A DNA stretch of 57,498 nucleotides from Rhynchobatus australiae (Eukaryota): assembly GCA_034780895.1 (NCBI GenBank), contig JAUZTB010000107.1:22932357-22989854 (forward strand), given 5' to 3'. The position numbers and the translations under genes were made by a program. Positions 52,791-57,498 of the stretch are shown piece after piece (the first letter of the stretch is position 1; each line of letters begins with the position of its first letter). The notes beneath the pieces were generated by a model. The model made no database searches. It saw nothing but the letters and a program-made list of their open reading frames with translations, and was not told where the DNA came from.

Positions 52791-55689
52791 TCAAAGAGAG
52801 ACATCAAAATTAATTTTACTTTTGCACCGGATGTTTACCGAAGAGTAAAATTCTATTATCAATTACTTTGCATTTTCAAATAACTTGAAGCCAGAAATGA
52901 AAACTGTAACAATACCGGNNNNNNNNNNNNNNNNNNNNNNNNNNNNNNNNNNNNNNNNNNNNNNNNNNNNNNNNNNNNNNNNNNNNNNNNNNNNNNNNNN
53001 NNNNNNNNNNNNNNNNNNAAACTGTAACAATACCGGATGGTGTTTACATTTCCACTCATTTATAATTGGGCGAAAACTATGAAAAGGTAATAGTTTATTC
53101 ATAAAGTTTGGTCTGAGGAGTAAAATGTGTGTATTTTAACCAAATGTTTACAAAAATCATCCAACCACACGTTTATAATTCTCAAATAAGGCGGTGGGAG
53201 AAAATAGAGCATCAGTTCATAAGCAATGTGACAGCATTGAAACCCACCGTAACAGTGTCCGAACGTTCGCCTCGTTGCATACATGTTTAAAGTGGCACGT
53301 GTGGATACAGAGAAAGTTTGGTTTCATTCATTGGCGTGTATATGTAGAGGTAGTGGTGGTCTGATTTAGGGTTTGTTCACCAGCAAGGCAAAGGGCATGA
53401 ACATATAATCTTCACCCAAAGTTGGGACGAAGTACATTCAAACAAATAATAATAAAAAAAAACAGCAAATGGAAAATGTAAACACAAGTCAGGCTGAGTT
53501 GCCTGGCTTGCAGGGCAGGACATGTCATCTCATACATAACCTGCACCAAGGTTTACAACTCTTCAGCAGCGTAAAGTATTTGCTTAAAACATCGCCAACT
53601 CTCGCTCTCCCTACAGCTGGGATGATTTCACTTTGGAATTAAATAGAATGGCCATAGAGAGAAGCCCCCTTGTTTATTTATGGGTATTTCTTTTCAGAGA
53701 ATAAAACTGCCCAACCTCACGGGCAACGCCGCCTGAGACAGCAAATGGGAGTTGCTGCCCTACAGCCGGCGACTCTGATCACCAATTCTTCAAGCATCCA
53801 GTAAGTTTAATAAGAAGCAAGTGAAATTAATAGGAGATAATCGAAATAGGGCCTCCCCAGCTTTTAGAGAAGCGTCCCTTGGTTATTTATGGAACCGCAA
53901 TAGAAAAAAAGTCAACAGTTTCAACACACAACCGCTAGATTGAATTAAGATTAGAAGAGTCTCATATAACCCACTTCACTATTACAGCCAGAGAATCGTC
54001 GGATCTTTTATCATCTTTCATTAAGAGAGTCCATGTATCATGCTGTGGTCTCTCTCAGTGTCATTCAGTTCCTAATGCATCTCCAACGCTGTAATTACTG
54101 GCGGTCTTACGTCCGGAAAGGGTGGAAGGGGCGAGCAAGCTGGNNNNNNNNNNATATCTTGTCTGTTAGAGCCACATTTTCGGGGTAACAGCAATAAAGT
54201 GCCGTTCATAAAAGGGGTGGTATTTTATATTAATAAGATTTCCTATTAGACTGACGATTTCCACGGTTGTTGGAAGCCATTCCACTCAGGAAGACAAAGA
54301 AACAGCCTGTTCTGTCTGCAGTCGTATGTCTAAACAGGATGCAACCCCTTGCAATTATTGGTTTGTAAATTTGAGCACTCATGACTTTTCGGAAAGATCC
54401 ACTGAATCTAGTTGATTTGTGCACACACATGCAAAATTCACATAAAATGCGCATAATGTTCGACACAAAAGTCACACTGTTGTAGAAATGTCCGTGTGTT
54501 AGTACAAAGGCGCGAATACAATGTAAGGGGTGATCAAGGCATTTCTCGTGCTTCAACTCGTGGGACTGAAAATCGCATAATCAGTCAGCACTTCGAGCTA
54601 TCTTTCCGAGGGAAATACGTAATAAATATCAAATTCTTCAGATATTGCTGCACGGTTTACCCCGTCATAAGCATCATGTAAAATAAAGCAAAAACGGGTC
54701 CTTAGTGTCATTATTATTTGGCATGAACAGCAACCAATTATGTTTGTCTTCCTCATTTTTAAACAGATAAAGTGGATGAGATTGTGGATCAGAATTTGTA
54801 CAGCATTTGCGATTTTAATCGGGGACGCTTCAAACGTTTGTTATTTTCTATGAAGAGTAACGCTAATATTCTGTCATTCGCCATATGATGCAATCTCATT
54901 ACCGAGGGATCATTTTATTACTCGATAAAATAGTCACCGGAATTTGTCCCATGTTGTCATTGTTGGGGGACAATGGCCAATTCACTAATCGCCCTCTAAT
55001 TGGAACATAGGATGGGACGAGGAATCCTGTGATTGTAGAATCAAAGCACAAAGCAATATTACAGGACCTACACTAAGCAATAATAAATTCGAGGCCTTGA
55101 ACTTAAAATGTTAAATAAAGAATTTATCTTGGTCTAGCATTTATCACTACACTGAGGTTACATGAAAACTTTAGATAGACATGTCATAAATCATTACATT
55201 AAACTGTAATTACTGATTCTAATATTTTCCCCTGTGCTCAGCAAAGTACCCCCAAACCCATTCTATTTGGTGACAGAATAAAACCACTAAATCTACAGCC
55301 CATCCTAAGTCCGTGGACTGAAGAAAAGCTCTAATAACTTTCAAATGAACTGCACAGTCAGACTACATGTAACCTGCTTGAGAGGTCTCTTCACAGATGC
55401 TGTCTGCCCCACTGAAAATTTCCATCAATTTCTGTTGTTATTAATCATCAAATGGTATCGACTGTAATATTTTAATGTAAGACTTCAAGTGGTTGGTGGA
55501 AGAGTAGAATTCTACTTTATCATCAGTTTCACATTGCTAATTGAGACGTGTTGAAAATGTACTCCCACACCCAATGGCAGCTCAGCATACTTTTTCTATT
55601 GTGGAAGTCTGACAGTTCTAAGATAGCAGCAGTGGCCTCTTTTAATGGATATATAACTGCTACAAATAATTTAATGGAACTGCAATTGG

Positions 55690-56215
55690 AACAAAAGTGG
55701 TCATTTATCACCCAAGGCCTGTTCTGCTATTCTATCAGATCATAGGTGATCTTTTATTTATTTCTGTCAATCCACCATAACGCTTAACCCTTCAACATAT
55801 GTGCTTAACAAAAACTATCAAACTCAGTTTTAAGATTTTCAAGTGATTGAGGCTTATCAGATTGTTGAGGAGACACTTCCAGATTTCTAGTATTCCATTT
55901 GTGAAGAAGTGTTTCCTGACAATGTTGCTGAACAGCTGACCTCTAATCTCAAAGTTATACACCTTGTTCTGGGCTCACCCACCAGAGGAACCAGTTCCTC
56001 TCTGTCTGCCTGATCAAATCCTATAATTTGACTTTATTAGTGAAATCTCATCTGATCCTTTTATATTCATGAAGGATGCATCCTGGTCTATATAACTTAA
56101 TCTAATTTAGCCATGGTATGCTGCTTTTGAATCTGAACCACATGCCCCCCAAGGCCAATATATCCTTCCCGAACTAGGGACTGAATACAGCTCTCTATTC
56201 GCTTATCCAAATCAT
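55690..56215 (-). mobile_element. CR1 LINE 3' fragment
   Basis: aggcctgttctgctattc tail, then gtgaagaagtgtttcctgac...ccttgttctgggctcacccaccagaggaa, the reverse of the CR1 C-terminus. Confidence 0.7.
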
Positions 56216-56769
56216 ATATAAATATAGTGATAAGATCACTATTGGTTACAACAATGATCTCCCAGTTTCTGAGGTTGAAATGATGAGAAAGGCTTTGGAG
56301 GCCATTGCCATTACACTGTAAAACTGATCGCAACTTTGGGATTTCCACACACATTGACTTTAACATGGAAATCCTGTTTACTTACAGTGATTTATGCTCC
56401 TTCAGACAGCAGGCTGTTTATAGGCAACTCTATTATAATAAAGGGAAATGTTGAAATGACGAGAACTTTAGGTTTCCTTGCACTTTAAAATATCCTTAAT
56501 GCATTATATTTTGTTGCTTAAATTCTAAATGAGGGTTTCATGATATACCAAACCATAGTTATGGACTAACAAATTCTGGTCATAAAAATAAAACAAGCAT
56601 TCCAAAATTTAGAAGATGTTAAACAAAATCTCTGCCTTATGTATGTGATCTAATCACATTTCATGCCCTGCAATACGTTTAAAACATTAAATGAACATTT
56701 CGCATTTTCCCTCTGGTGATAGCTTGCTCAGCCAACATTTTTATTTACATTTATGGGAGGTAGTGAATG

Positions 56770-57055
56770 CTGGCAATGCCAAAATGTATTGCCTATCCCT
56801 AAACATTGATGAGAAAGTGGCAGTAAGCTACCTTCTTGAGCATCTGCAGTCCTTATTTTGGAAATACTCTTGCCGTGTTGTTGGGTATGGTTCCAGTATT
56901 TACATCCAACAGTGATGAAGAGATAGCGATCTATTTCCAAGTCAAGGTAATGTGTAACTTGGAGGGGAACCCATAGGTAATGGCTTTCCTATGCTTTTAT
57001 TGGTCTTGTCTTTTTTGGTGCTGGATATCACAGATTTGGGAAGTGCCACAGAATT
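56770..57055 (-). mobile_element. 3' end of the same LINE family as 10803-11397
   Basis: tatttccaagtcaaggtaatgtgtaacttggaggggaac is the reverse counterpart of gtttgccctccaagtcgcacaccaccctgattcggaaata. Confidence 0.7.
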
Positions 57056-57498
57056 AACCTGTGTGTAATTCCATTTCTTCCTGAGTCCACTAGCAAGGCT
57101 GAGTTGATTTTGCTTACAAAAGTCTAATCAGTTCCCTATTCTTGCCAAATGGTAGACCTATAAAAATATATTTTCAGTCACTGCATCAATACTCAATGAT
57201 CAGAGCATTAATACGACAGTAAAGGAGAAGGCTCTAAGGATGTCGGATAGGATATAGTATGCAGAGAAGAGGTACTGAAAATTGTAATGCTCAAAGTAGA
57301 ATCGTTACAGGGCTGAATGGGTTGCATTTTTTGAGGCAGTGGGAGTATGGATGGAAATTGTGAAGCTCTGACCAGAAACTTTCAAGTTTCCTTGGATGGG
57401 GGAGGTACCAGATGATTAGAAAACTGTGATATTTCACTTGCTTAAAAAAAAGAAAGAAGGATAAACCTGACAACTAAAGGGCAGTTAACATGCAAATT

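Overview
Vertebrate genomic DNA from a draft assembly with many N gaps. The repeat content (V-domain tRNA-SINEs, Deu-domain SINEs, CR1 LINEs, Penelope-type terminal fragments) points to a cartilaginous fish; this is inference. The window holds one protein-coding gene, wnt5a, on the minus strand. Four coding exons have canonical GT-AG boundaries and compatible phases: 42179-42309, 40494-40741, 36754-37046 and 20600-21058. A candidate 3-codon first coding segment (ATG GAG GCA|gtaagc, 49772-49780) gives a 379-aa protein; the internal Kozak ATG at 42258 gives 359 aa. The 3'UTR probably ends near AATAAA at 18777-18782, and a candidate upstream non-coding exon and promoter lie at about 52450-52790. 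The rest is intronic or intergenic DNA with decayed transposons. Most notable observations: a ~405-bp, ~92% identical inverted duplication inside intron 4 next to the last splice acceptor, carrying a degenerate hammerhead-ribozyme-like motif; an apparent one-codon shift of intron 1 relative to mammals; a fossil two-gene PIF/Harbinger transposon; a CpG-retaining domain over the 3' end of the gene; and a candidate antisense transcript across exon 1. I see no evidence of a wholly new gene system.
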